From Cyanophora paradoxa CCMP329 (Eukaryota; Plantae; Glaucophyta), in assembly GCA_004431415.1 (NCBI GenBank), contig QPMI01000005.1, forward strand, positions 744,001 to 808,000: a stretch of 64,000 bases of DNA, given 5' to 3'. The notes under the pieces were generated by a model. That model saw only the letters and a program-made list of their open reading frames with translations, made no database searches and was not told the DNA's origin. Each line of letters begins with the position of its first letter. The first letter of the stretch is position 1. Shown here one piece after another: positions 47,601 through 59,375 of this stretch. The position numbers and the translations under genes are program-made.

Positions 47601-50600
47601 GATAGATAGATCCCATCCATCCTTTAAGATCGCTTAAGATTAAGCTGAGGCGCGCGCACGAGGCGGTCGTCGGGCTCGGTGGCGAGTGCGAACGCCTCGT
47701 CGATGAAGCGTGTCATCGAGTGCTGCAGGCAGTACCTGCGCGCAGAAGTTCGGGATCGACGAAAAGTTCGGGATCGAAGTTCTAGAATGGTGCCCTATAG
47801 ATGCGTTCAGGTACTGCCAGGCGAGGGCGAACGCTTCGTGCCAGGCTCTGACATTCTGGCCCGATCGACGGCCATGGGGGGGAGAAAGGGCGCGGCGCAC
47901 GCGCGGCGGTAGTCATCGGGAGGCGCCTCGAAGTGCCCGTGGGCGCCCTTGCTCCCGTAGAACTTCCTGAAGGTCTCTGCGCCCCCGACCCCACCGCGTG
48001 AGCCTCTGCACTCCGAGAAGTGCTAGATAGTTCACAGCTATAGTTCGGTGATTTAAATGCGACGCGAGGCGCCAACGGATTCGGCAGGTGGGCGTAGTTG
48101 CGCACCGGGGTTTACAGCGGGGCTGGTGTACATCAGCGCCTCCAGGGCGTCGAAGTGCCGCCAGGTGGCTGCGCGCGCACGCGTGCGCCAGCTCAAACAA
48201 CTGACACTCCTTCTTACTAAAAATTAAGCGGGCGGACCGCCGGCGGACTAAGAGCTGAGAGCTTAAGAAACGGAGCTAAGAAAGCTCAAAAGCTAAAAAT
48301 CTAAGCCAAGGGCTAAGAGAAGAAGCTTTTCGGAAATAAAGCGGACCGCCTATGCCTTTCTTGGAGGATCCGTACGTGACGGAGTGGTGCAACGCCTCCA
48401 GTTCCGCTGCGGTGGAGAGGACGGCGGCCCGCGCCGCCCGCCGCTCGTCGCTGCGGCGCGCCGTGACCTGCGGCGCGGGCGCGGGGCGGGGCGGTGAGTG
48501 CCTCGAAGATATTTCGTCAAGCTTGTGCATGCAACGGCGCGCGCCGGTACAGATAGATGGCCTACAGACAGATAGAAAGAATGCATCTATAGATATCAAA
48601 ATGTTTAGAATTTGTGTCTTATGCTTAGGCGCACGAGCTGGAGGGAGAGGAGGTGGATGCGGCGGACGAGGACGCCGCGGCCGCCCGAGGCCGAGATCTC
48701 GTTCGCGATCCTGCGGCGCGCCCGGGCCCCCCCGCGGTGTCAACGGCGACACGTCGATGAGGCACAGAGAAGCCGAATGTGCTTAGCTAAGCAACTAAAG
48801 CCTAATGGATTTTGCGGCGTCAACGGCCTCGATGCCGCGCGCGGCCAGCAGCGCAATATTATAAATGTGCTATATGTTGCATTAAACTCTGCTTCAAGAT
48901 TCGCGAGCGCGGACCCGAGGCCGCGGTTGGTGATCCAGAAGGCGTGGGTGAGCATGAGCACGAGCGCGACGGAGATGGCGGCGATGCCGAGGAAGACCCG
49001 CCGGTAGTAGTGCTTCTCCTGCAAGGCAGTGGTCAGTTCGATAAGGACGGGCGACGCGAGGAAGGAAGAGCGACGCGTTAAGAAGGTATACGCTACAAGC
49101 TGAAGGTCAGTCAGTCAGTTAAATTTGCGACGCACGATGGCGACGGCTGAAGGGGAGTGCTTGCGGGGCCCGTCCCGCGCCTCGGCGCGCGCGGCGGCGG
49201 CGGCCGACTGCGCGGCGGCCGCGACGGAGGCGGCCGACGGGTTCGAGAGGCTCGCCAGGCACGCCAGGCCCGCGCCGTGGCTCGTGTCCAACCCGCTGCG
49301 CAGCAGCACCGGGCGCCGGGCGCCCGCCAGGCTCAGCCGCCGCCTTCTTTCTTTCCAAGGCTTTCGAGCGAGGAAAGGGTTCCTGACCTTCCGCTGACGG
49401 AGCCCGAGACGGAGAAGCGCATGCCGGCGGTCGCCTCCTCGTACTCGCTGTACTCCTGCATGAAGAAGACGAAAATCAGAACTTTCAAACAGAATGACCA
49501 TTTAATAATGAGAACTATAATATGATCCTATAAAAGGGCCATGTAAGACCTATGTACTCGCTGTACTCCTGTAAGTTGAGCCTTTAAGGAACGAACGAAC
49601 GAATCGAGTGCGTGGACAGCAAATTAAAGCAAGACTACGCCGCTCGAACCTCGATGAGCGAGGACTCCTCCTTGCGGATGCCCTCGATCAGGTTGCCCAT
49701 GCCTGCAAGCAAAAGACGGTCAAGCCAGAATCCAAAGGAGCTTGCAGAAACGTTTAACAGGGCAGAGGCGGCGTGGAAGCTAAGCGACCATAGAGAGACG
49801 ATTTCGGGATCGAAAAGAAGACTTCGGGATCGAAGAAAGGGCGCGCACTGGACTTCGGGATTGACGAGAAGACGTTGATGGCCATCTTGCGCTCGCGGTC
49901 CAGCCCCCGCATCACGGGCAGGATGATGATATCCTGCACGAAGAAGCCAATAATAAGAACCTTCAAACAAGAACCCATAAGACCGATACCCATTTAATGA
50001 TAAGACCTATAATAAAATCCTAGTGATAAGACCATTTAAGACATATGCAGACCTTGATGCCGACGACGAGCAGGAGGAGGAAGAGCGCGAGGGCCAGCTG
50101 CAGAAAGCGCAATTACTCATTAGAGACAGTTTAAAAGATACAACAGGAATCAATAATAATAAGGACCTGGAGGACGAGGCGGACACGGCCGGCGCCGACG
50201 TTGCTCCCGCAGAAGATGGACGTCGCGTTGGAGAATGCCCCGAACGCTGTCTCCGCGTTGTCGATCTGGTTGTCGCATTACAAAGTTCGATGAGACCGGA
50301 GCTGGTTTGTCGCGAGATCGTGCAAGAGTTCTATAAAATATAAAGCGAGAAGGTTTCTTATATATAGGTTTCGTTTATATATTAAGTGGCACCAGGTACG
50401 AAAAGTGCTCCGCGTAGTCCGCGGCGGCTGTCGCGTTCGTGGCGGCCTAATTCAAACGAAGTAAGAAACAAAGGAAGAAATGAACAAGAAGCTATAGGAA
50501 ATCATGAATTTGCCTGGGAGACGTCCAGGGCCTTGCGGGAGAGGCGGAGGCCGAAGTCCCAAAGAGAGCGGACGGCGGAGCCGTTGGCGGAGGTGGAGAG

Positions 50601-53600
50601 GGCGTCCCGCGTCGGGATCGTCGGCGCGTCCATGAACAGCTGCGCGCGGAATTCATGCACTGAGCGCTACGAATTCGGCCGGGAATCTGTTATTTATTCA
50701 CCGAGAGCTCTCTCTGCGAGAGGAGCGGGTTGTTGTGAAGCTGCGTGTGCAGCGTCTGCATTCGCTTCGCCACATCCTGCGGGCCCAAACCTCAGAACAA
50801 ACGCGAGACGGCCCGAGTTATCCCTTCTTCTTTGCGGGGCGCACGGCAAGTGCTCCGCGGGCGGCGTCCGCCGCCTCCTCGTCCCCGCGGGACACGGCCG
50901 AAGAGATCTCCAGAGCCAGCAGGGGCGCCTGGCATGGATTGCAGCAATTTATGTAAGAGAGGCTATAAGATTCGAATAATAATCAACAAGGACCTGCTGG
51001 GAGAGGCGGGCGCGCTCGACCGAGAAGCCGAGGGTTGTGACGGCCGACCGTGTGTTCTCCACGAGCGACCGGACGCTGGGAGCGGGGCGGGGCGCCGTCA
51101 AAACGAGCAGCTCTAACAAGCTCTTGTAGACTTGACGATAGACTCGATTGGGCTCAATAAAAGATAATGCTACCTCATAATAGACTTGGATATATATATA
51201 CAGATGGTATTGATAGAGATGTAGGCTCTTATAGACTTGGATAACAGATTCCATTGGACTCTAATAGGTTCTATTAAAGGGTACCTCATGTAGTAGACGA
51301 ATCCGAGGGAGAGGGCGACGACGAGGAGTCCGAGCGTGCGACGGAAGAGGCTGCCGGGCAGCGCGTAAGAAAGAAGGGGGAGGGAGGGATGGGGCGCGCT
51401 CTCCGGGGGCGGCGACGGCCGCTCGTATCTAGAAGTATCTATAGCTATAAAGTTTGATGAAGCCGGCTATAAAAGTATATTAAAGTCTGAAGCCGGCTAT
51501 ATAGAGAGTCTCTCTCGCCTGGTGACGGTAGAGCTGCTCGACGCGCGCTTGACGCGGGTCCGCAGCTCCCGCTGCTTCTGCGCCTGCAGGGCGAGCCGTT
51601 CGGGATCGACGAAAAGTTCGGGATCGACGAGAAGTTCGGGGTCGACAGACGGCGGCGGCGGCGCACCTCAACGGATAAGGAGATGGTGGCGGCCTGCTGT
51701 GCGTCGGACATCGACTCGCCAAAGTCGTCCGAGTCAGCTGCCCGAACGTACGCGTTCGACGTCCGACGTTCATTGTCAGTCCTTCGGGATCGACCAAAAG
51801 CTCGGGATCGAAGACGGGCGGACGGACCGAGGAGTAGGCCGGCGCGGGACGCGAACCCGTGCGAGTAGTGCGAGCGCGTGCCCGTGCTCTTGTGGCGCCG
51901 CCCCGCGGCGGCCGAGCGCACGAACCCGCCAGTGCCGCCGCCGCCGCCGCCGCCGCCCCTGGCGCCCGCCGGAGCGGCGGAGCCGGCGCCGTCGCGGTCG
52001 CGGTCCGGCCCGCCTTCCGCAAGGACGGCCCGCCCGAGCTTGTTGAGGCCGCCGGCCGCGCTGCGGCTCCCGCGGATCGCCGAGCGGATCGACTTCTCGG
52101 GCCCCGCCACCGATCCCTCCGCGCCGCCCCGCACGCTGTGGCCGGCGCCCTGCTGCCCGCCCCGCACGCTCGCCACCTGCGAGGCCCAAGCGTCGGAAAG
52201 GGAACGAGGGATACTAAAACGCTTCTCAGCCGAGAAGCCGGCTAAGCTTCATTGCTAGAAGACGTATCCATGTAAAAGGACGGGCTTATCTCATGAGACC
52301 CACGGCTTCTCTATCCACGAAGCGAAGCTTAGGCTTTCGCTCCCTCTTATAAATAGAGGTCGAGGGCGCACGTCTTCCTGCTCGTCGCCGTGCCCGTCGG
52401 GGCCCTCGCCCTTGGCCGGCTGCGCGTCCTCCGCCTCTCGAAGGTACCTGCAGAGGCGCCGGCGGGCGTGGCAGACTTCGTCAGGGGCGCGGCGCGGGCA
52501 GAAGGGGCCGAACGAGACCCCGTAGGACGGAGTTCTAGATTTCGGATCGCGCGACGCCCTTTCCAGCTCTCTCTAGTTCAACTGAAAGCCTCAACGCGCT
52601 CGTTGAGGACCTTATCGGCTCTACTTGAGCTCTAATAGACTTAAAGACATAGTCTCATAGCGCCCTAACGGATTTAAATGGTTTCGCACCACTCGGCGAG
52701 GGCGTCGTCCCAGGAGACGCGGGAGAGGAAGCGCGAGTAGGCCGCCATCAGCCGCTGCGGGCGGGGCCGGGGGCGCGCGCGCGCGTCAGATCACATCAGA
52801 TCAGATCAAATCAGAATTTGATCCGGTCCGGTCCGACACGGGTCGCACCCGGGAGCGGAAGCGGCCGAGGAGGCGCCGGTACTTGGAGTCTCCCCGCCGC
52901 CGGCTGTGCCCGATGCTCTCCGAGACCTGTGGGGAGGCGGTGAGGGGCGGAGGGCAGACGAAGGCCCAGTCTACCCAGTCTAACATTGCTGGCGGCTCTC
53001 ACGTGAATGTATCTATCGATACGGGCGGGGCGGGGCGGGGCGACGTGGGGATCCGAGGGGGGCCCGGAGGGACAGGGCGGGGCGGGGCGGGCGGGGCGGG
53101 GCGGGGCGGGGCGGGGCGGGGGCCGGTCTAGCAGCCGGTCTAGCAGCCGAGGTCTAGGGCGGGGCGCTCTTTCTGGATCTAAGGGGTGACGGCGGGGCGG
53201 GGCGGGGCGGGGCGGGGGCAAGGCGCTCTTTCTAGGGCGGGGCGCTCCTTTCTGGATCCAAGGGCGGGGCGGGGCGGGGCGGGGCGGGGCGGGGGGTCTA
53301 GAAGCCGGTCTAGCAGCCTTGACGGCGGGGCGGGGCGGGGGCGGGGCGCTCCTCTTGGACCTAAGGGCGGGTATCGGGCGGGGCGGGTCGGGCGGGACCT
53401 TCGCGAGGACGTGCGGGCGTGCTATGCTAGGGAGTTATCGGATGGGGCGGGGCGCTCCTCTTGGATCTAAGGGCGGGGCAGGGGCGGGTAGGGGCGGGGC
53501 GGGCGAGGCGGGCGATGCTGTGGGGGCGGGGCGGGGCGGGGCGGGGCGGGGCGGGGCGGGCGGGACCTTTGCGAGGACGTGCGGATCGAGGTCGTTGCGG

Positions 53601-56600
53601 AGGAGGGATTCCCAGAAGCTCCGGATCCGCGCCAGCGCCTGCCGGGCGGCGGGGCGCGAAGCGTGAGGCGCGAAAGGCGGTCCTATGCTAGAGCTAACAA
53701 AGAGGGGCGCCCTCGAACTACGGCTGCGCCAACGCCTGCCCAGGGGCACGGCGGGGCGAAGCACGAGGCGCGAGGGGCGGCCCTCAAAGCTGAGCTGGAG
53801 CCCGATGCGAGCTAGAGCCGAGGGTGGTGTGGGGAAAAAGAAGGGGGGGGGGGGGGGGGGGAGGGATGGAGGGGGGCGAAGAGAGTCTAGCCAAATCTAG
53901 AAGAGCCACCAAGCTTTCTCCCACTGGGTGAGCGTGAGGGGCGGTATTTTAAGCTCAGCGAGAGCCAAGGCGGCCCCTCCTTCTCCTTCCTTCTCTATAA
54001 TGATAATTATGATACCTCAGGGCCGCTGTTTGCAGGGCCGCACCTCGATGTGGACGCTCTTGGCGCCCTTGAACTCCTCCTGGAACGTCAGCGACGTTTC
54101 CCCAAGCATCTGGGGGGTACGCGGGCGTCAGGGGGGGGAACGAGGGGAGGAAGGAGGATGCTAGAGGGGCGTCTGGGGCGCGCGCAGCGGGCCCGGGGGC
54201 GAGAGGCGAGGGGAATGGGTGAAAGCTTAAGAGGGGGAGGGGGAGGGGGGGAGGGGTAGGGGGCGAGGGGGCGTCGCTCCGGCAATCCATTCTTTTCCTT
54301 AATGGAAGTCCATCGGCCCGGAGGCAGGAAGGGGGGGTTGGGCGCAGAGGGGTTTTTGAGGCGGGGGGGCGGAGAAAGGGGGGGGGGGGGAGGCCCGCCG
54401 ACCTGCTCGATCGCCTCGATGCGGCGCCGGTCGATGCAGTACATCCTGCGAACGAAGGTCGATGCGAACGAAGTGAGATATTGAGGGGGGGTGAGGGCGG
54501 GGCCTGCGTACCGGTAGCGGTAGGGGAACCACAGGGCGGAGGGCGAGAGCTTGCTCAGGTGCTGGATCAGCGTCGAGGGGTCCTTGGACCTGCAGGAGGA
54601 ATTGGAAAAGGGAATCAGAAAAGGATGACGGATTATCTGATTATCTGATTATCTGATCTTGGGCGACGCGGGGGAGCTTATCTAACTAGAAACGTTTAAG
54701 AAAGATATATTCCTCTATCCTAGAAGAAAAATACGTCTAATCTGACCTAAACCAGAGGATCCTTCTACACGCAAGTTGAGATCTAATCGAATCTGATCTG
54801 GGCGAATCCGATCTGATCTAAGAGCTCTAATCTGATCCATCCTACAGAACTGTTGGGGTAGATCTTATCTAATGTAATCTAATAAGTTAGCGCACCATAG
54901 GAGGAACTCGGCGTAGGCGACGCGGAGGAGCTGAGAGTCGGGGGAGCGCGCCAGCGCCCCCGCGAAGAGCCGCTCCGCCTCCTCCAGCTCTTCCCGCTGC
55001 CGGGGGGGTACGGGTCAGGGGGGGGGAGCTAGGGGGTCAGCATGGGGTCTAGCTAGAACGCATCTAGCTTAGAGCCTCGGGAGGGCGGCAGAAGCGGGGG
55101 GGCGGGGAATTGCGGTCGGCCGGGGGAACATTGGCGGAAGGTCTCAGCGGGCTCAGCTGGGGCGGGGGCGGGGCGGGGCGGGGCAGGCCCGGCCTTGGCG
55201 CGGACGTGCCCGGGCCACTGGGGCCCTAATAGATTTCATGATGAAGTCTCATAGTAATATTAATCCTAAGTGGTCTAGCAATCCTAAGTCTAGGTCTAGC
55301 CACTGTCTCGTCAGTCCAGACGGGTTCGGGCGGGGCGGGCGTACCTCGAACAGGGGCCGCATGTGGACCAGGACCTCAAAATCCCACACCCGCGACGTCT
55401 TCTCGTCCGGCGGCGGTGACACGCACACCCGCTCGAAGTGCCGCTGCAGCTCAGATCAGGTGGGGGGGGAGGGGGCGGGTGACTAAGATCACCTGAGCGA
55501 TGACGAAAGAGGCCCAGGCGACGAAGGGCAAGAGGAGGAGTACCCCCCACGGCACGGACTGCGAGGGCCCGGCCCGGGTCGGCGGGGGGATCGTTTGTTT
55601 TGGAGGGGGGTACGGGAGCGCGCACGGAGGACGAGATGATCTCAAAGCTCTGGGGGTACGGACGCGATTCACGGGCGGGGTGGCGAGGGGGAGGGGAATA
55701 GAGGGTACGGCGCACGGAGAGAAGGCTCACGAGAACCACCAGAACGCCCCCGAGGTAGGACGAGACCCTCTGGGGGTACGCGATTAGCACAACAAGGGGA
55801 AGGTGTGGTCAGGGGGGGTTACGGATGGGTACCACTTGGCAGAACCACATTACGGGCTCGGCTGCGCGGGGAGGGAAGGGTCACCCGGAGCGGGGGGGGC
55901 GGGGGGTGGGGGGGGGGGGGGGGGGGGACGGGAGGGGGAGGGGGCCGACGGGGTACACGCACTTAGACACATGACTTCGTGGACCGCAAGGGTGATCAGG
56001 ATGGGTACACAGAGCAACTGCCGCGTCGGGATGCTCATCTGGGGGTACGTGGTCGGCGAGGTGGGGATCAGAGGGGGTACGCGAGACGGGGCGGAGCGGG
56101 GAGGTGTGCAGACCTCGAGCTCGAAGCACGAGATGAGCACGAAGCAGACGCGGGATGTTTCCTGAGGGTTGGGGCGCAGACTGTAAGGGGACGGCGCGGA
56201 AGCGGGGGGGGGGAAAGGACAAGCGGGGCTCTAACGCCAGGCTCCTCGCAAGGAGGGCCGGCGGACTTCGCAAGGGGGGGAGGCGGCCGGCGGGGGGGGG
56301 GAGAGCGGGGGGGTACCTGCATAATCGCCCCCGACCAGGCCCGGTTGCGCAGCGAGGGGCCATCCAGCGAGGGGCTGTAGTCCAGGATGGACAGCAGGAG
56401 GATGCAGAGCGTGACGCCGACGGCCGACTGGCAGGGAAGAAAGGGGGCACAGGGTTAGGCGGGACGAACGGGGGGGGGGGGTCCGGCCGGGGTACGGGGC
56501 GCACGACGTAGTCGACGGCGCAGAAGATAGCGCCAAAGCCCGTGAAGGATTCGATCCGCGTCGAGCAGTACGCAACCTGCCGGGGGTACAAGGATTGGGG

Positions 56601-57597
56601 GGGGGAGGGAAGGAGGGGCGGGCGGCTCTAGGAACGGGCCCGGAGACTCTCGACCCCCACCTTTCCCCCCTTCCCCCACCCCCTTCTCCCCTACCCCCCC
56701 CCCTGACCTTCCGGAGGGCTTGGTGCTTGACGGCTACGGCGATGAGGGGCTTGAGCGTACGCCAGACGGTGCGGAACGACCAGACGAGCCAGAACGAGTC
56801 CTCGACGGGTACGCCCCTCTGCGGGGGGTACGCGATGTTAGACGCAAGCTCAAGACCGCAGAGCTAGCTTGCAAGGTTAGCTTCTCAACGGAAAGTCTAG
56901 GAGCACGTTGCGAGCGCGGCACCCGAAGCGAGCGCAGCTTAGATTCGTTCGCACCTTGAAGTGCTGGAGGATGGTGTGGCAGTGGAACAGGAACGCCGAG
57001 AGCAGCGCGAGGGGAAGGTAGGCGCCCAGCCACTCAGTGAAGCCGAAGCCGAAGACGAAGCGCGCCATGAAGCCTGCGTGACATCACGCACGCTCGGGAG
57101 GCGGTGCGATTCGATTCGATCGCAGATTCGATCCGTTCGCACCTTTCAGGTCCGTGAGCATAACCAGCATCGGGAAGAGTGTGAACTGCGGCGGCGCGGC
57201 GGCGCGTCGGCGCGGCGCGGGTCGGCGGGGGCGGGAGCGGGCGCGGGCGCGGGGCCTCGTTCAGAGCGCGGCTGCGTGCTGCGGCGAAGCCCTCGCACCT
57301 GAATGGATTCGAAGATGACGAGCCACTTCTTCTCCAGGCTGTCCGATCCGCCCTCGGAGAACGCCAGATCTAGAGCGCAGGGCCGCCGCGTGAGCGGAGA
57401 ACTAGCGCGAGGCGGCGAGGCGGCGAGGAGCGCGGGGCGTGGGGCGAACATGCGATGCGGAAGATGGAGAACTCGAGCCTCTTCCGGTAGGCCCGGAACT
57501 CGCTTAGCTGCGGGGCGGGCGAGGGGTCGGGCATGGTCGTCAGGCTGGACGTCGAGGGACGGAGTCTGACGGGCCGCGGCGGCCGTCGCGAACCCAT
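29324..57597 (-). CDS. Large membrane hybrid histidine kinase: TmcB/TmcC-like TM+TPR region, further TM segments, 2 PAS, HisKA, HATPase_c, degenerate receiver, receiver (dozens of short exons)
   Basis: N-terminal TM exons; EEAERLFAGALARSPDSQLLRVAYAEFL, IRSFWESLL, KYRRLLGRF, RLMAAYSRFL (TmcB-type TPR); PAS (GIAVVDSRGEVLMMNRAAEQIFEYKRSELVGK..RRDGTKFP; ANAAVERTFG..RRADGELFPIE); [123 protein letters not shown]. Most junctions checked are in-frame GT-AG. Start (57597 or 57534) and stop are approximate. Confidence 0.9.
34960..35079. repeat. (AGATT/AGATC)n pentanucleotide microsatellite in an intron
   Basis: Direct reading. Confidence 0.95.
36273..36338. repeat. (TCTCTAGGT)n 9-bp tandem repeat in an intron
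   Basis: About 7 copies read directly. Confidence 0.9.
38353..38827. repeat. 109-bp tandem repeat (4 full units plus the real exon end), each containing a splice donor
   Basis: Units start at 38353, 38462, 38571, 38680, 38789 and are nearly identical. Confidence 0.95.
40957..51811. repeat. Dispersed short arrays of an 18-bp unit (consensus GAAAAGTTCGGGATCGAC) in introns of the kinase gene
   Basis: Arrays at ~40957, 41843, 43297, 43438, 44409, 47746, 49802, 51598, 51783 (forward) and 44087, 45365, 47337 (reverse). Confidence 0.9.
44590..44634. repeat. (CT)n microsatellite
   Basis: Direct reading. Confidence 0.9.
53020..53565. repeat. (GGGGC)n-rich intron with internal duplications; G-quadruplex potential
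   Basis: Many ggggcggggcggggc runs interleaved with repeated ggatctaagg / tctagcagcc blocks. Confidence 0.75.
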
Positions 57598-58590
57598 TCT
57601 CTCCCCATCGCTTACTCCGCTCCTCGGCCCGAACGGCCGGAGCCTTGCCGTCAAGACTGCCGGCAGACGGGCTTCGCGTCAAGCCGGGGCGCCCGCTCTC
57701 CGACGCCGCGAACGTCCTCAATGTCGATGATGCTCGCCTACGACGCCAGAAAGACGCTCCGTCGCTGCGCCGGAGTGCCTCTCTCGAACACGCCTAAGTC
57801 CGCTCGAGTCCTGCTATTCGGCCCTACCGAGAGCACCGATCTTGCACGTCGCCACGTCGATCGATCAGCTCTGCTGCAGCTGCCTACAGGCTACGGCCTA
57901 CAGGCTACACTGGTACAGCTGCAGGCTAAGCTGATCGATGCCGATGCCGAGCTTTTTTCCTAGAACGCGTACCCCGCCTCAAGCCTCACCGTCCCTGACG
58001 CGACGGCCAATCGGATGGTTCGGACCTATCCGCGTTCGCCATAATACCGTAGTACGCGCCGATTACGCGGTATATGCAACCGTTAGGTTTTGCAACTTTT
58101 AGCAATTGCGTGACTTTGCGTCACCATCGGCGCCATCGCCGTCGATCAGTCTCTCGCCGTCAGTCTCGGCGTCAGATATCGATATCGATCAGCGGCGCGG
58201 CCGTCGGAAGTTTCGGAACTTCCAAGTTCCATCACTGATCAGTGATCGTGACGAATCACTGACGATCTTGTCTTCTGATCGCGACCTTCCGAAGTTCGGA
58301 AAAGTTCGCGATTTCAGTCTCGAGCTCCTAGGGGCCTCAGACTCAGGTCAGAGTCCTCACTGAGAGTCACTTCAACTCGCCGAAGCAAGCATGCAGCTCT
58401 GGCTGCAAGCTTAAGCTAAAGGCTGCAGCAGACTGCCAGCAGTGCTGCCTGCAGCTGCAGGCTGCATGCGCAGCTGCCAGCTGATCGTGATCGAAACCCT
58501 TAGTTCAGCCGGCGGATTCTCGAGTATTCTACCGTAGTACGACCTACCTCGCCTCCGAGGCTCCGCGAATTCCAAGCTTACAATTTTGAG

Positions 58591-58699
58591 TTTTTTTTTT
58601 TGCAAAAGTGGACGTCGCATTGATACACCACGGCACATGTATCAATGTTCTACGTGACGCGCCCTTCCGACTGGTCATCTATCTAGCCGAAGATGCTAG
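58591..58699 (-). mobile_element. Short poly(A)-tailed retroposon, copy 2 (47 nt longer at the 5' end)
   Basis: T11 followed by the reverse complement of copy 1, plus extra 5' sequence. TSD aagcttacaattttgag(tt) at 58574 and 58700. Confidence 0.9.
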
Positions 58700-59284
58700 A
58701 AGCTTACAATTTTGAGTTCAAATTGCGGTGCGCAGCGCCGCGCGCCGCGCCGCGAGATCTAGATCAAGGCGGCTGGGCTGCAACTTCTTAATACTGCCTT
58801 TTGTGCAGATTTGCGGCATCAGGAGTCCACCAATCACGAGGTTGGCAGTAGCTCGGTGCGCCTTGTATGCAGGGCTGGCTAGAGTGTCCCAGAGTCCGCC
58901 GCCGGCCGCGAGAGTGTCCGCCGCGATCGATCGCGAGTCCGACCCGGCGGCCGCACTGCGGCAGGGCCTCCGGATCCGGGACTCTCAGGCTTCCCAGCCC
59001 GCCCGCGGCCGGCCGGCGGCCGGACCTCCCCCGCCCGGGCCCAGGCCCGGGGGCCCGGGCCGCCCGGGCCGGATCTAGAGCGCGGGGATGGTAGGAGGAT
59101 CTAGGGGCCCGGGCCGGGATGACCGTCGGACAGTATGGAGGGAGCACGCCCTGTGACGGGCAGTTACAGGTGGAGCAGACCGATATCAAGAGAGCGCTAG
59201 CTGGGAGGGTGAGGGCGAGGGGGGCAGCGAGGGGTCGGGCGGGGTCGCGGGGTGAGCTGGCCATGGGGCGGGAAGGGTCGGGCA

Positions 59285-59375
59285 AGGCCGGGGGGTGGCC
59301 GAACTTCGGAAGCCGGGGGGATGGCCGAAGCCGAGGGGGCGACCGAAGCCAGGGGGTTGGCCGAAGCCGGGCGGG
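59285..59375. repeat. Degenerate ~18-bp tandem repeat (GGCCGAAGCCGGGGGG..)
   Basis: About 4-5 copies read directly. Confidence 0.7.

Noticed and set aside
40957-51811. 18-mer-containing introns as classical introner elements
   Set aside because: The introns are not similar end to end; only the short arrays are shared.
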